Shown: positions 14,890 through 28,857 of the stretch, piece after piece
Numbering within the stretch: the first letter of the stretch is position 1
Layout of the letters: every line of letters begins with the position of its first letter
DNA from: Octopus vulgaris
Lineage: Eukaryota
Direction of reading: 5' to 3'
NCBI GenBank assembly: GCA_951406725.2
Contig: OX597816.1
Coordinates: 43,338,001-43,402,000, forward strand
Length of the DNA: 64,000 bases
Notes under the pieces: generated by a model
The model's input: only the letters and a program-made list of their open reading frames with translations
Database searches by the model: none
What the model was told of the DNA's origin: nothing
Made by a program: the position numbers and the translations under genes

Positions 14890-15185
14890 ATTCTTTATGT
14901 GAGTTCGTGTGTTGGCGCATATTCTGTTCTTTCTGGATAGAGTCATTATCTTTTGTGCTTTATAATTTAACACACTCACCGGTAAAATTTCCACTTAATC
15001 CTCATTTTTATTTCGTTTCGTCTGGCAACCTTTTCAATAGTCAAGGCTATTGAAAATTTTAGGAAAATAAAATAAGGAATAAGTGGAAATTTTACCAACC
15101 GGTGAGTGTATAAGACACAAAAAGAAAATGACTCTCCCCAACTAAATACAACAGAACACACTCAATGCATCATCATAAATATAAT
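14890..15185. repeat. Diverged palindrome next to (TA)n/(GA)n/(GT)n
   Basis: ACACTCACCGGTAAAATTTCCACTTA versus TAAGTGGAAATTTTACCAACCGGTGAGTGT; centre TTTTCAATAG-TCAAGG-CTATTGAAAA at ~15042. Confidence 0.8.
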
Positions 15186-15199
15186 GTGCATTCAGGATC

Positions 15200-15331
<132 letters not shown>

Positions 15332-15574
15332 TATGTGTATTTGTGAGAGTAATTATGTCTATGTTTACGCCTGTTATATATGTCCTGTTAGCAGTTCGAA
15401 AAACGGGTATTTACAAAATAATTACACTCTTAAAAATATGTGACGTAACTAATATGATCAACTTAACCCCTGGAGCTAATGACACATCATAGACACAATG
15501 CAATGACTAATACCAAACAGGAATACGTCGGATGAGCAACACTTTTCACTTTTGGATGAGAGAGTTAATCCTGC

Positions 15575-15888
15575 TTTGGGTGAGGTTAGGAAATTCGGCT
15601 CACCACCTTAAGATCGAGAGTTCGCGTCCCGGTGGTGCGCTGTGTCCGTCAGTAAGACACTTTATTTCACGTCCCTTCAGTCTACTCAGCTGGCAAAAAT
15701 GAGTTGTAACAGTATTTGAAAGCGCCAGCCTTGTTACAATCTGTGTCACTCTGAATCTCCCTGGGAACTACGTTAAGGGTACGCATGTCTGTGGAGCGCT
15801 CAGCCACTTGCATGTTTAGTTTCACGAGCAAGCTGTTCTGTTGATTGGATCGACTGGAACACATGCCGTCGTAACCGACGGAGTGCCT
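15575..15888 (+). mobile_element. Older SINE sharing the family C 3' tail, with a CORE-like centre
   Basis: Tail GAACTACGTTAAGGGTAC...CGTAACCGACGGAGTGC shared with 13104-13489; different head and centre. Confidence 0.7.
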
Positions 15889-16197
15889 GTTATTATTGGA
15901 TATTTTCAACGGAGATTATTTTGTGCAAGTATTGAGAATGAGACCACACTCATATAATGGTAATTCAATATCTTAATGTACTATACAATAAAGCCTCAGT
16001 CGTGGCTTCTTATCGCCCCTCCTGTGTCTCGAAGACCCCTCCATAAAGGTCATGGGAATTCTCCTTCCTCTGCTGGATAAACCATAAAAATTATTCGGTT
16101 ACATAATTAGAATAAATATTTCAACTAACATTATTCGAAATGTCAACATTGAAATAGAAATTCGTTTTTTTTGTTTTTCCCCGTATGTTGTCAGAAG

Positions 16198-16560
16198 GCA
16201 GGCATAGCTGTGTGGCTAAGAGGCTCGCTTTGCAACCACGAGTTCATTCCCACTGTATGGCTCGTTGGACAAGCGTATTCAAGTGAAGCCATTTGCCGAC
16301 CTGTGTCTTGTGAGTGAATTTGGCAGATGGAAACTATTTGGAAGCCCATCGTAAATATGTGTTTGTGTGTATTTTTGTGTTAACGCCCGCACACATGCAA
16401 ACGCTTGGCAACCGGTAATGGTTTATTTACGTCCTTGTAATATAGCAGTTCGATAATGCGAACCGACAAAATAAGTATTACACTTTATAAATTGGGACAA
16501 GAGTCGATTTGCTCGACTGAGCGTAGCCGCAGTCCAAATGACTTGAACAAGTGAAAGATA
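16198..16560 (+). mobile_element. Diverged SINE family A copy
   Basis: Colinear decayed similarity to 560-948. Confidence 0.75.
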
Positions 16561-16586
16561 AATGTAATTTGTACAACTAAATATTC

Positions 16587-17383
16587 TTTTCTACACTAGG
16601 GACAAGGCCCGAATTTTTTGGGAGGCGGGGGCAGTCGATTACATCGACTCCAGTACGCAACTGGTACTTAATTTATCGACCCCGAAAGGATGAGAAGTAA
16701 AGTCGATATCGGTGGAATTTGAACTCAGAAAGTAAAGACAGACGAAATACCTATTTCTTTACAACCCACAAGGGGCTAAACAGAGAGGGGACAAACAAGG
16801 ACAGACAAACGGATTAAGTCGATTATATCGACTCCAGTGCGTAACTGGTACTTCTTTAATCGACCCCGAAAGGATGAAAGGCAAAGTCGACATCGGCGTA
16901 ATTTGAACTCAGACAGTAAAGACAAACGAAATACCGCTAAGCATTTCGCTCAGCGTGCTAACGTTTCTTATTTCTTTATTGCCCACAAGGGGCTAAACAT
17001 AGACGGGACAAACAAGGACAGACAAAGGGATTAAGTCGATTTCATCGACCCCAGTGCGATACAGGGACTTTATTTATCGACTCCAAATGGATGAAAGGCA
17101 AAGTCGACCACGGTGGAATTTGAACTCAGAACGTAGCGGCAGACGAAATACCTATTTCTTTACTACTCACAAGGGGTTAAACACAGAGAGGACAAACAAG
17201 AACAGCCAAACGGATTAAGTCGATTATATCGACTCCAGTGCGTAACTGGTACTTAATTCATCGACCCCGAAAGGATGAAAGGCAAATTCGACCTCGGCGG
17301 AATTTGAACTCAGAACGTAGCGGCAGACGAAATACTGCTAAGCATTTCGCCCGGCGTGCTAATGTTTCTGCCAGCTCGCCGCC
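16587..17383 (-). mobile_element. Second head-to-tail array of SINE family B (about 4 units)
   Basis: Same GAAATACC|TATTTC junction at ~16750 and ~17150; alternative junction at ~16967. Confidence 0.85.
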
Positions 17384-17603
17384 TCTATAATGGAATGGAT
17401 ATTAAATATGATAGCATAGATATGAATTGTAGTCTGTGACGAGAGATATAAAGAAAGAGTGGTGTCTGTTGATGATAAATAGGTACATAAACAAATATAA
17501 TAATTATAAGCATTTCAGTTATTGACATCTGTATACATCACATTCTAATCTCTATTCTTTTGCTGCTCATATTCTTCGCTTTTCTCCCAACCTCCAAACT
17601 TCT

Positions 17604-17645
<42 letters not shown>

Positions 17646-18142
17646 GCGTGCATGCATCTGTCACTTTATCCATCTGCAAAGTATGCCTTGCATTCTTACT
17701 TACTCCCACCCCACCACTTGACTACTCCACTTGCACCAACCCACCCACCCCACACATACACACACTTTCTTTCTCCGGATCTTTGCACAAAATTTGCCAC
17801 CTCACCAACACATTTCACTCCGTCTTCTATCGCACAGCTTCCCACACAACAGACACAGCATCCCAACATTTTAACTCATACCAGTCCCCTCCACATCATT
17901 CTTTTTTCCTTTATTCTCTTCCTCATTCCCAATCGTCTGACCTAGATAACGCACTTTGAGAGATATTCTGATTCCCTCTCCATCTTCCACCAAGAAAGAA
18001 GAGAAGTGTTCGAAACTTTTATTCTTCATACAAATCAACTTACTCATACTGAACGTCCTTACTGCTTTGCCTAGTTTAGTTGTTTAATGCTTTGGTAACA
18101 TTTTTACCGTGTGGTGTGTTGTTATTTTGGGGGTTTATTTTA

Positions 18143-18471
18143 GGTTACTCTTTTACTTGTTTCAGTCATTTGACTGTGGCCATGCTGGAGCACCGCCTTT
18201 AGCTCGAGGCTATAGTAGAAGACACTTGCCCAAGGTGCCACGCAGTAGCACTGAAACCGGAACCATGTGGTTCATAAGCAAATTGGCCCCAGGACTTATC
18301 CTTTGTAAGCCTAGTACTTATTCTATCGGTCGCTTTTGCCGAACCGCTAAGTTACGGGGACGTAAACACACCAGCATTGGTTGTCAAGCGATTGTGGGAG
18401 GGGACAAATACAGACACACAAACATATACACACACATACATATGTATATATATATATATTCATATATATTC

Positions 18472-18556
<85 letters not shown>

Positions 18557-18584
18557 TTCATATATATATATATATTCATATATA

Positions 18585-18644
<60 letters not shown>

Positions 18645-18778
18645 CGACGGGATTCTTTCAGTTTCTGTCTACCAAATCCACTCACAAGGCTTTTGTTGGC
18701 CAGAGGCTATAGTAGAAAACATTTGCCCTAGGTGCCATGCAGTGGGAATGAACCCGGAACCGTGTAATTCATAAGCAA
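18143..18778 (-). mobile_element. Rearranged SINE family A copy with expanded internal microsatellite
   Basis: Tail, duplicated head fragment, body and head in reverse complement. Confidence 0.8.
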
Positions 18779-18847
18779 ATATATTTTAAACCACTTTGTA
18801 CGATGTTAATGTTATTACACTGTGCAACACGACTTTTGTGAGTAGAA

Positions 18848-19263
18848 ACTGTTATTTCCTATTCGTTTGTCCTTAGAAGATATGAAAAAAGTTTAATATT
18901 TTTTTCAAACTTTGCTTTTGTTACATTTATTCAAACCCTAAAGAATCCCTCTCAACACATGGCCATGATGCTCCCGCGTTGCTCCTGCTCATGATCAGAG
19001 ATGCACATATCGTCAGCCACCAAGGGACATGTTCAAGTGGTTAAGGTCAAATAAGTGACAAGCAAATCTGTGATATTGAACAGAATATTTGCTATAACGA
19101 TATTTCTGCTTCGGTCAACTCAGCGCTGAATTTGTCTGAAATATAATGGAAAATAGGTCAATTTCTATACGTTGATATCCAGGTCACAAAAGCAAAGCTT
19201 GAAGAGAATTGTAGTCATTTTCTTTGATTTCTAGATAGAACCAAATAGGAAATAACCTTAACT
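18848..19263. mobile_element. Old inverted-repeat element (MITE-like) containing a fragment of the 20959-21500 element
   Basis: GTTATTTCCTATT...AAACTTTGCTTTTGTTAC versus GTCACAAAAGCAAAGCTT...AATAGGAAATAAC; 18925-19095 matches ~21230-21400. Confidence 0.6.
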
Positions 19264-20025
19264 AGCCAGAGACCAAACACATTAAGATTTTGTTGCACAT
19301 TGTTATTCTATTCAATGTATTTATGTTGTTAAAGCAACAAATTTGCTGAGTATTTAGAAGTGGAAAGAATGACTTGTACTGCTCACCTCGAATTGAGACT
19401 ATTTGGCGAAGCTGCTTGGACGCTGGCGATTTGGCACGGTCGATTATGCATTAAGCTTTTTATGCGATGTTTTTATTTTCTTTGCTGCAATATTATTTTT
19501 AATTTAGAAAGAAACACACGCAAGCACGCACGCATACAAATATGCAAATACGGATAGAAAGAAAAAGAAACAGAGAGAGGGAAAGAGAGAGAGAAAGAAC
19601 GAGAGAAAGAAAGGGAGAGAGCGAGAGAAAGACAGCGAGGTTCCTCGATACTTCAGTCGGTATCATATACATAAATTCAAACAGAAAGTGTAGTAGCTGT
19701 GCTTACAAGTTAGTTTTCACCTGGAATAAAAACATTGTCACGTTGCCAAAACGGTTCCGAGGACAAAACTTTTAATGTCACATAAGTCAGCGTCGAATGA
19801 GCGATGCCAAATAGGCGGGGGCAGACGGCTCTATCAAAACGTCTCGTAGCTATCAGTCACATCTCTCTTCGTTCTGAATTCAAACCTTATCGAGGTCAAC
19901 TTTGCCGTTTATCCCTTCGGAGATAGGGTTCGTAATTAGAGTGCCAGTCCAGTGCAGGTGGCGATTCTTCCCTTTGTCTCTTATACTGAACACGTTCTTA
20001 TTCTATCGACCCCTAAAAGATGAAA

Positions 20026-20667
20026 GGATCTTTTTTTCTGTTTAACTGCCACTTCTCAATTTCTTCAATTTTTGTTCCAATTGATTTCATTTTTGGTGAA
20101 CTGGTGTAGTTTTGTAAGCTCATTATTTACATGAAATTCATTTTCGCCATAAATCAACAAATAAAGAGTAAATAGCTTTTAAAGATTGCAAATTTTGGAT
20201 GATTTTAGCTAATCGATAACCATATAGGTTCCAGTCTCCATAGTAACATAGTTTGCTTAATAAATGCTTAAAACGCATAAAACACATGAGGTGTGAGGTA
20301 GTCGTAAAAATAATAACTAAATATGCCTTAAATCACGCATCTTTTTTTTTTTTACATAATCCCGTATGTACAATACAAATTCACAAAATTTTCGGAAAAT
20401 TCCAAAAAATAAAAATGTTATATGAGAGGATATATAGCGTCCATAGCGCAGAATTCCACTAGTATTTCATATGTTTATAGTTGACAACACGTACCGTCAC
20501 GCACAAAACGGCAGCTTCCAAATCCTGTTTTCTGACTTACCAAAATTTTAACCTCTGTAACTTCATAGAAAATTTTTTTATGGGAAAAATGAGATCCAGC
20601 GAAGAAAATTACATCAATGCACCAAATTTTAAAATTTTCACAGGTGTAGCCGAATGAAAAAAGACCC
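20026..20667. mobile_element. MITE with GG..CC termini and 8-bp TSD (Merlin-like), inserted in a SINE B remnant
   Basis: TSD AGATGAAA at 20018-20025 and 20668-20675; termini GGATCTTTTTT / AAAAAAGACCC; removing it restores the SINE B core. Confidence 0.7.
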
Positions 20668-20877
20668 AGATGAAAGGCAAAGTCGAACTGTACAGAATTA
20701 AAGAGATTTACTTTTTATATACGTTTTTGACAGCCTTGCTTGCATTCAAAGGATGTTTCTTTGTTTTTTTTGTAATTATTGATCTATTTATTTTTTTATT
20801 TTTTGACCTACCAACTTGCCCCTGTCAGCCAAGCTGCCAAAGATAGTCGATGTAAATTGGATTATTAAATTTATTAA

Positions 20878-20934
<57 letters not shown>

Positions 20935-20958
20935 CATTATTATTATTATTATTATTAT

Positions 20959-21500
20959 TGAGTGAGAGAGCAGTGCATGCCATCAAAGTGACACTGGGGT
21001 AAAATATACGAAGCCCAATATACCCATCATGACTACTTGTTTGATAAGGGTACACCAGGCACATGCATCACAACCATATGTGCGCGACATGGTGATCTCA
21101 TATCAAGATGAACAGCGCATGACCTTGCAGATGGGGCCCAGTTAGAATTTTCTTCTAGTCGAGTAGCCCATCTCGCTCAAAAGGTCCCTGAATAAGGATG
21201 TTGAACGAACCACCCATGTTTCCAAAGGTGAATTATCCAAACCTCTAAGAATTCCTTTCAACACATGGCTATGATGCTCCCCCACTACTTGTGCTCGTGG
21301 TCAGAGATGCACATATCGTCAGCCACTAAGGGACATGGTCAAGTGGTTAAGGTCACACAACTGGTAAGCAAATCTGTGGTAATGAGCAAAATATTTGCTG
21401 TAGTACATCTTTTATACCAAGACAAAACAATGTACATGATAACACTTCAAATCAGTTAAGATCAGATGCCATAAGAACCACTGCCTGGTACTGCATCAGG
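20959..21500. mobile_element. ~540-bp interspersed element embedded in a (TAA)n microsatellite
   Basis: Complex sequence flanked on both sides by (ATT)n; partial second copy at 18925-19095. Confidence 0.6.
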
Positions 21501-21560
21501 GAATTATTATTATCATCATCATCATTATCATTATTTTTATTGTTATTATCATTATTATTA

Positions 21561-21607
<47 letters not shown>

Positions 21608-21638
21608 GTTGTTGTTGTTGTTGTTATTATCATTATTA

Positions 21639-21685
<47 letters not shown>

Positions 21686-21713
21686 GTTGTTGTTGTTGTT
21701 ATTATCATTATTA

Positions 21714-21764
<51 letters not shown>

Positions 21765-22311
21765 TTTATTATTAATTATTTGAACTCAGAACGTAAATGC
21801 TGCTAAGCATTCCCCACCCACCCCGCCGTGTTAAACGATTGTGCCAAGTGGTCGCCTTAGGTACTTCAGCGATAAATAAAGCCACAGGAACGACGGCAAC
21901 TCTTACTCGCAGACTGCCTATCTAACATGGCTCCAATTCAATCACCAGAAAACCTGCTAACATACATACAAAAGCAGATTGGACAGAAAAAGTATGAAAT
22001 TACTTTTGTATGATAACCATACTCATATTATTGACTCTGTAGTAGCAGGAAGAGGAGATGTACCATAGAAAAACTGGGACAAAGGACCTGACCTAATATT
22101 CCAACCGTCTAACAACATGCCACTGGTCTTCTTTAGGCTTGACCTAAAGCTATTCAACTTCCTCTACGTTGCCTGCTGTCATCAATGTTAAAATCATTAG
22201 AACTAACCTTCATCTTACCATTATCAATGTCACCAGCTGTCATCACCACTGTCCCTGTTAACGTTCTGTCTCCCCCATGTCCTCTTCTCCTCCCTCACAG
22301 ACACAGACACA

Positions 22312-22352
<41 letters not shown>

Positions 22353-22397
22353 ACAATCTCTTCACCTCACCTACCAGTGTTGCTTCCAAAACACCAA

Positions 22398-22435
<38 letters not shown>

Positions 22436-22564
22436 ACAACAACAAATATATGTAAGCAAGAAAAAAGAAAAAAAGGAAACGAAAAGGAAAAGCTCAGATG
22501 ACAACAAATCCTTAACAATGCAAAAGTAACAATAACGCGTTGATTATAAAGATCTGGTTTATTC

Positions 22565-22571
22565 GTAGTAG

Positions 22572-22630
<59 letters not shown>

Positions 22631-22664
22631 GGTGGTGGTGGTGGTGGTGGTGGTGGTGGTGGTT

Positions 22665-22737
<73 letters not shown>

Positions 22738-22830
22738 CCGTTGTTGGTACGGTTGCTGGTGGTGGTGGTGGTGGAAGTGGTAGTGGGGGGGTGATCGTGG
22801 TAATCGTGGTAGTGGGTCGGTGTTGAAGGT
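22565..22830. repeat. (TAG)n/(TGG)n compound microsatellite
   Basis: Direct reading of the sequence. Confidence 0.95.
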
Positions 22831-22914
22831 GGTGGTCGTGGCTGCAGTATATGGAAGTAGCAGAAAGATCCTGATGTGATTGTAAAGGATAGCGATGACT
22901 GAGCGCTATCGCGT

Positions 22915-23560
22915 ATGTATGTGAGTGTATAAAGAGTATATGTTGAGTGTGTGTGTGTATGGAGTATATGTAAAGTGTGTGTGTATGGAGTATATGTAGA
23001 GTGTGCGTGTGTGTGTGGAGTATATGTAAAATGTGTGTGTGTGGAGTATATATAGAGTGTGTGCGTATGGAATATATGTAGGGTGTGTGTATATGGAGTA
23101 TATGTAAAGTGTGTGTGTATGGAGTATATGTAGTGTGTGTGTGTATGTGTATGTAGAACGTGTGTGCGCGTGTGTGTGTGTGCGCCTGTGTATGTGCTGT
23201 GTGTGTGAGTGTATGTGTGCATATACAGAATGTATGTAAAGAGTATGTGTGTGAGTATGTGTGCGTGTATGTGTGTAGAGTATATGTAGAGAGTGTGTGT
23301 GTGTGTGCGCGTGCGTGTGTGTGTATGTGCGTATGTGTGTTGTGTGTATGTGTATGTGTGTGTGTGCTATGTGAGTATACAGAGTATATGTTGTGTGTGT
23401 GTATAGAGTATATGTCGTGTGTGTGTGTATAGAGTATATGTTGTGTGTGTGTGTGTGCATAGAGTATATGTTGTGTGTGTGTGTGTGTGTGTGTGTGCAT
23501 AGAGTATATGTCGTGTGTGTGTGTATAGAGTATATATTGTGTGTGTGTGTGTGTGTAGGG
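22915..23560. repeat. Minisatellite of GAGTATATGT anchors separated by variable (GT)n
   Basis: About 15 recurrences of GAGTATAT with (GT)n spacers. Confidence 0.9.
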
Positions 23561-24461
23561 TAGTGTTGTGCGCTGCGCATGCACTGATTCCTGTCTCTTC
23601 TGCCACTCTCCTTCTAAAGACAGTGGGCATGGCTGGAAGGAGAGAACGGAGGTAAGATTGTTGGTAGATGAAGTGTGTCTATTAATTGTGTCCTGGAAGA
23701 TAGTTAAAGCGTCTCAGCAGCAGAGGTTAGAGTCTGTAATGACGTTATTATTATCACCATACTGTCTGTTGAACCGTGGTAATATTAATATTAATGGTGG
23801 CGATGGTAATAATAATATTGATGTTGGTGGTGGTGGTGGGGGTGGGGGTGATGGTAATAATGGTAGTGATGGCGATGGTGGTGATAGTGGTAGCGATGGT
23901 GAGAATAACTGCAATACTGACGATGATGGTGCTTAATGGACGTTGTGTTGATGAAGATGGCCTTGTTGTTCTTGGTGTTGTTATTGTTGTTATTGTTGTT
24001 ATTGCTAAGGCGGTGATGAGCTGGCAGAAAGGTCAGCACGCCGGACAGAATTTTTTGCGGCATTTCTACCGGCTTTTTACGTTCTGAGTTCAAATGCCGC
24101 CGACGTCGGCTTTGGCTGTCGTCCTCTCGAGGTTGATGAAATAAGCACCAGTGGAACATTGGGGTCGAGGTAATCGACTAGTTTTTTTTTCCTTCTAGAC
24201 ACGCACGTACACGGGCAGACGAGTACAAGCACACGCACACGCACACACACACACACACACAATTCGGGCCTTGCGTTTATAGGAGGAAGGATTATTATTA
24301 TTATTATTATTATCATTATTATTATTATTATTGTTGTTATTATTATTGTTGTTATTGTTATTATTATTGTTGTTATTATTATTGTTGTCATTATTATTGT
24401 TATTATTATTGTTATTGTTGTAATTATTATTGTTATTATTATTGTTGTTATTGTTGTTATT

Positions 24462-24494
<33 letters not shown>

Positions 24495-25588
24495 AGGCGG
24501 TGAGATAACCGAAACCGTTAGCAATGCCGGGCGAATTACTTAGCGCCATTTCGTCCGGCTTTACGATCTTGAGTTCAAATTGCGTCCGATCTCGATTTTA
24601 CATTTCGTCCCTTTCAAGAGAGTACGATATGATTTCAAAAAAAAAAAAAAAAAGATTTGGTCTGCTATATCTAGCAGTTTGAATGACCACATAAAGAGCT
24701 CTTTCAGATGATGATGTTTGCGGCAATAGCGGTGAAGAATCTAACGTCACTGCCGTTGCCGCTGGACTGGCGCCGCCACCGCCGCCGCTGCTACTATTGT
24801 TGTACACCGCAGATTAGTCATGATCGAGCTGACACTGCAGGGCACCATTTCTCAATCAGGTTTCCCCGAACTGTAGGGTTCCACAAGAGGTTGCCAGAAG
24901 TTCCGTGAGAAATTGTGATAAATGGACTAATTATATTCAAATGCGTTTTTAGTCAATTTGGTGCTAAATTCTATATTCCTTAAGGCATATTGCCCTAAGC
25001 TAGGGAAATCCTGGCATCGGTAAACCGTAAGATGTCTCACTTCCACCACCAGCACCATCACGAGAAAGATGACCACTTAATAGAGAAATATAAGGGATAT
25101 TAGTTTCCAACAATATTTTGGTTTAGGGGATATTTCTTAAATACCTTCTATAACATTTGATGGATTGAGTATAGCCAGACCTGTCAAAGCTAGTTTTGCT
25201 TAAGAGATTTGTTTAAACTCTAATAAGATTTAATAAAAGTGTAAGGAAGGAGATTAATAAAGACGTATTTTGTGTGCACAAATAGATGTGCGACTACTGG
25301 TGAAGGAGTTAGAGTTTCAGCAATGTGGTCAGTTTCAGTATTGTGGTTAGCCTATAAGTATAGCGGGTTAGTCTACTGCTATTAGTATTCTTACTTATTA
25401 TAATATACAGAACATCAGTGAGTGGGCTGAATGGGCTGAAATGTTGATAGGCGGTGGGTAGATATGGTGGTTTTATACCTTTCACCATAAGAGAGAATTT
25501 TCCTCCACGGTAACCGCTGTGAATTTGTCAAAAAAAAAAATAAAATAAGAGAAGAGAAAAGGGAGAAAAAAATGGGAAAAAGGAAGCT

Positions 25589-25970
25589 GCACAGGTGTAG
25601 GAATGGCTGTGTAGTAAGTAGCTTGCTTACGAACCACATGGTTCTGGGTTCAGTCCCACTGCGTGGCACCTTGGGCGAGTGTCTTCTACTATAACCTTGG
25701 GCCGACCAAAGCCTTGTGAGTAGATTTCGTAGACGGAAACTGAAAGAATCTCCTCGCATCTATATATGCTTGTGTGTCTGTGTTTGTTGCCCCATCATTG
25801 CTTGACAACCGATGCTGGTGCATTTACGCCCCCTTAACTTACCAGTTCGGTAAAAGATACCGATAAAATAAGTACTAGGCTTACAAAGAATAAGTCCTGG
25901 GGTCGATTTGCTCGACTAAAGGCGGTGCTCCAGTATGACCGCAGTTAAATGACTGAAACAAATAAAGGAA
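25589..25970 (+). mobile_element. SINE family A copy
   Basis: Full-length match to 560-948. Confidence 0.9.
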
Positions 25971-26084
25971 TATATATACACACACAGGCTTCTTTAAGTT
26001 TCCGTCTGCAAAATCCACTCACGGTCCGAAAGTAGATGACACTTGCCAAAGGTGCCACGCAGTGGGACTGAATCTGGAGCCGTG

Positions 26085-27297
26085 TTTTGATAGTGTTGCT
26101 GGTGGTGGTGGTGATGATGGTGGTGGTGGTGGTGGTGGTGATGGCGGTGGTGGTAGCGGTCGTTGTCGTGGGGGTTGCTGGTGGTGTTAGAGGAGGTGGT
26201 CGTCGTCCTCGTCATTGTGTTGGTAGTGATGGTGGTGGTGGTGGTGGTATTGGTAGTGGTGGGGTGGTAAGTGTGGTGGTGGTAAGGGTGGAGATAGTGG
26301 CAAGGGTGAGTAGGAATGATGGTAGCAATGGTGGTAATGGTGGGGGTGGTGGGGGTGGTGATGACAGGAATGGTAGGGATGGTGGTGGTGGTGCTGCTGC
26401 TGGTGGTGGTGTTAGTGGTAGCGGCGGCGGCGGCGGCGGTGGCGACGGTGGCAGTAGTATTAGTAAAGATAGTAATTGTAGGGAAAATGCTACGGAAGCG
26501 AAGACAGGAGCTAGGAGGGCGATGCTAGCAGTTGTGATGGGCATGGTTGGTACTGATGATGGTGTCGGTTACTGAGAAATCTGATAGCAGCTGGCGATTG
26601 CCCACTGTTATGTTAATAATGTTTGCAATGCAGGGGGTGTCTGCCGTGAAGCTGCTTGTAGTTTTAGTGTCAATGGTAGAGATGCACGGAAAGGTGGTGG
26701 TGGGAGTAGAGGAGGCAGTGGTAGTAGCAGTGATACCGTAAATGGGGGTTTAAATAGGGATGTGTGTGGTGGTGTTTGTAGTGATGATGATGATGATGAT
26801 TTGGAGGAGGAGGAGGAGGAGGAGGAGGAGGAGGGGGAAGGTGGGGCCGGTGATAAAGATGCTGGTACTGATCAAGATAACAGTGGTCGTGGTCGTTGTG
26901 GTGATCGAGGGGGCGGTGGTGATGGTGGGGCTGGCAGCAGTGGTGGTGGTGGTGGTGGTGGTGGCAGAAAGGGGGTAGAAGTAGCGGTGATGAGGATGAT
27001 GATGATGATGGTTGTCTCAGTGGTGATGTTGCTGGTAGTGGTGAGATGCTGAGGTTAGAGTGAGCCGTCATGATCCCAGTAGTGGTGACGATGGTTGCGG
27101 CGGCAGCGGCAGCGGTGGCAGGTGTAGATGACAATGATGATGACGATGATGATGATGATGATGACGATGATGATGATGATGACGATAATGATGACGACGA
27201 TGAAGATGATGATGATGAAGATGAAGCTGATGATGATGACGTCCATGATGATGACAATAATGACGATGATGATGATGATGATAATGATGATTATGAC

Positions 27298-27328
<31 letters not shown>

Positions 27329-27627
27329 ATGACGATGAAGATGATGATGATGATTATGACGATAATGGCGTTGATGATGATGACGATAATGACAATGATG
27401 ATGATAATGATGATGGTGATGGTGATGATGATGACGATGATGATGACGACGACGATGATGACGATGATGACGATAATGACGATAATGACAATGATGATGA
27501 TAATGATGATGGTGATAGTGATGATGATAACGATGAAGATGACGACGACGATGATGACGATGATGACGATGATGACGATAATCACAATGATGATGATAAT
27601 GATGATGGTGCTGATGATGATGATGAC

Positions 27628-27659
<32 letters not shown>

Positions 27660-27740
27660 CGATTCTGACGACGACGATGGTAGTAGTGGTGGTGGTGGTG
27701 GTGGTTATGATAATGATGACGATGACGTTGACGACGGTAA
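26085..27740. repeat. Degenerate trinucleotide field (GGT/GAT/GAC)n
   Basis: Direct reading; source of the poly-D/M/I/S ORFs. Confidence 0.93.
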
Positions 27741-28223
27741 GAATGATGTCAACTGGCACGAAGAAAGGGGCTGTGCTGATTCCTAAGATAATGAGAGTAA
27801 TGATGAAAATACAAAAATAATATAATATAATATAATAAACATAGAATTAAAAACCGAATTACATTTCAAGAAATATATGGAAAAAAAAACATTATTAATA
27901 ACAAAAATAACTAAAAAAAATCAAACTTCAACGATGACAACAATACGCAACAATAACGACAGACAACAACAATAGCATAAAAGATAGACGAGGCGAAGTT
28001 CAGTACAGCTGTCGGGTTACGTTGTTATGATGGGAACAGCAAGCTGTGAGTTGTGTGCCCAGGGCTTTACAAACATAGTTACATGACACATCACCTCTTC
28101 TTGGCATACCTTATCTTGAAGCAAAGATGGCCGATGGCGGTCAAACCGCCCAAACCATCCACCATGAACGTTGTGTGCTGTCTTGGACTACATTGTTCTT
28201 CGCTTGATAGGTAGAAAACAGAA

Positions 28224-28297
<74 letters not shown>

Positions 28298-28453
28298 GAT
28301 AAGTAAAGGAGTGACAGTTAGGTATGCAAACACATGTATACACAGGCACAAACACGCACATGTGTGTATATGTATATATATATGTATGTATGTTAATATG
28401 TAGGTAGGTATAGAGACAGACAGATAGACAGACAGGCGCATGGATAGATAAAC

Positions 28454-28520
<67 letters not shown>

Positions 28521-28723
28521 AGTAAAGGCGAGACAGTTAGGCATGCAAACACATATATACATACATAGGCACAAACACACACACACAGAGAAACACACAC
28601 ACAGACATGTATGCTTGTGTTATGTATATATCTACATGTGTGTGTGTGTATATATATATGTATGTTTATATGTATGTAGGTAGGTATAGAGATAGACAAA
28701 TAGATAGACAGACAGACAGGCGT

Positions 28724-28791
<68 letters not shown>

Positions 28792-28857
28792 AATGATCCA
28801 ATTTCCTACCCAACCCATATGATCATAAGGCCGGTTTCCCTGATTCTGTCGCTTACA

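Noticed and set aside
17980-18030. Possible very old hammerhead remnant (…GAAGAGAAGTGTTCGAAAC…)
   Set aside because: Core and stems too degenerate to support
22915-23560. CRISPR-like alternation of a constant motif and spacers
   Set aside because: Spacers are (GT)n, the context is eukaryotic and there are no cas genes
24858-24920. hAT-like MITE end (CAGGTTTCCCCGAACTGTAGGGTTCC)
   Set aside because: No matching second terminus or TSD found
27070-27786. 238-aa Asp-rich ORF resembling acidic biomineral proteins
   Set aside because: Lies within a degenerate (GAT/GAC)n field that is open in several frames; no convincing unique coding flank
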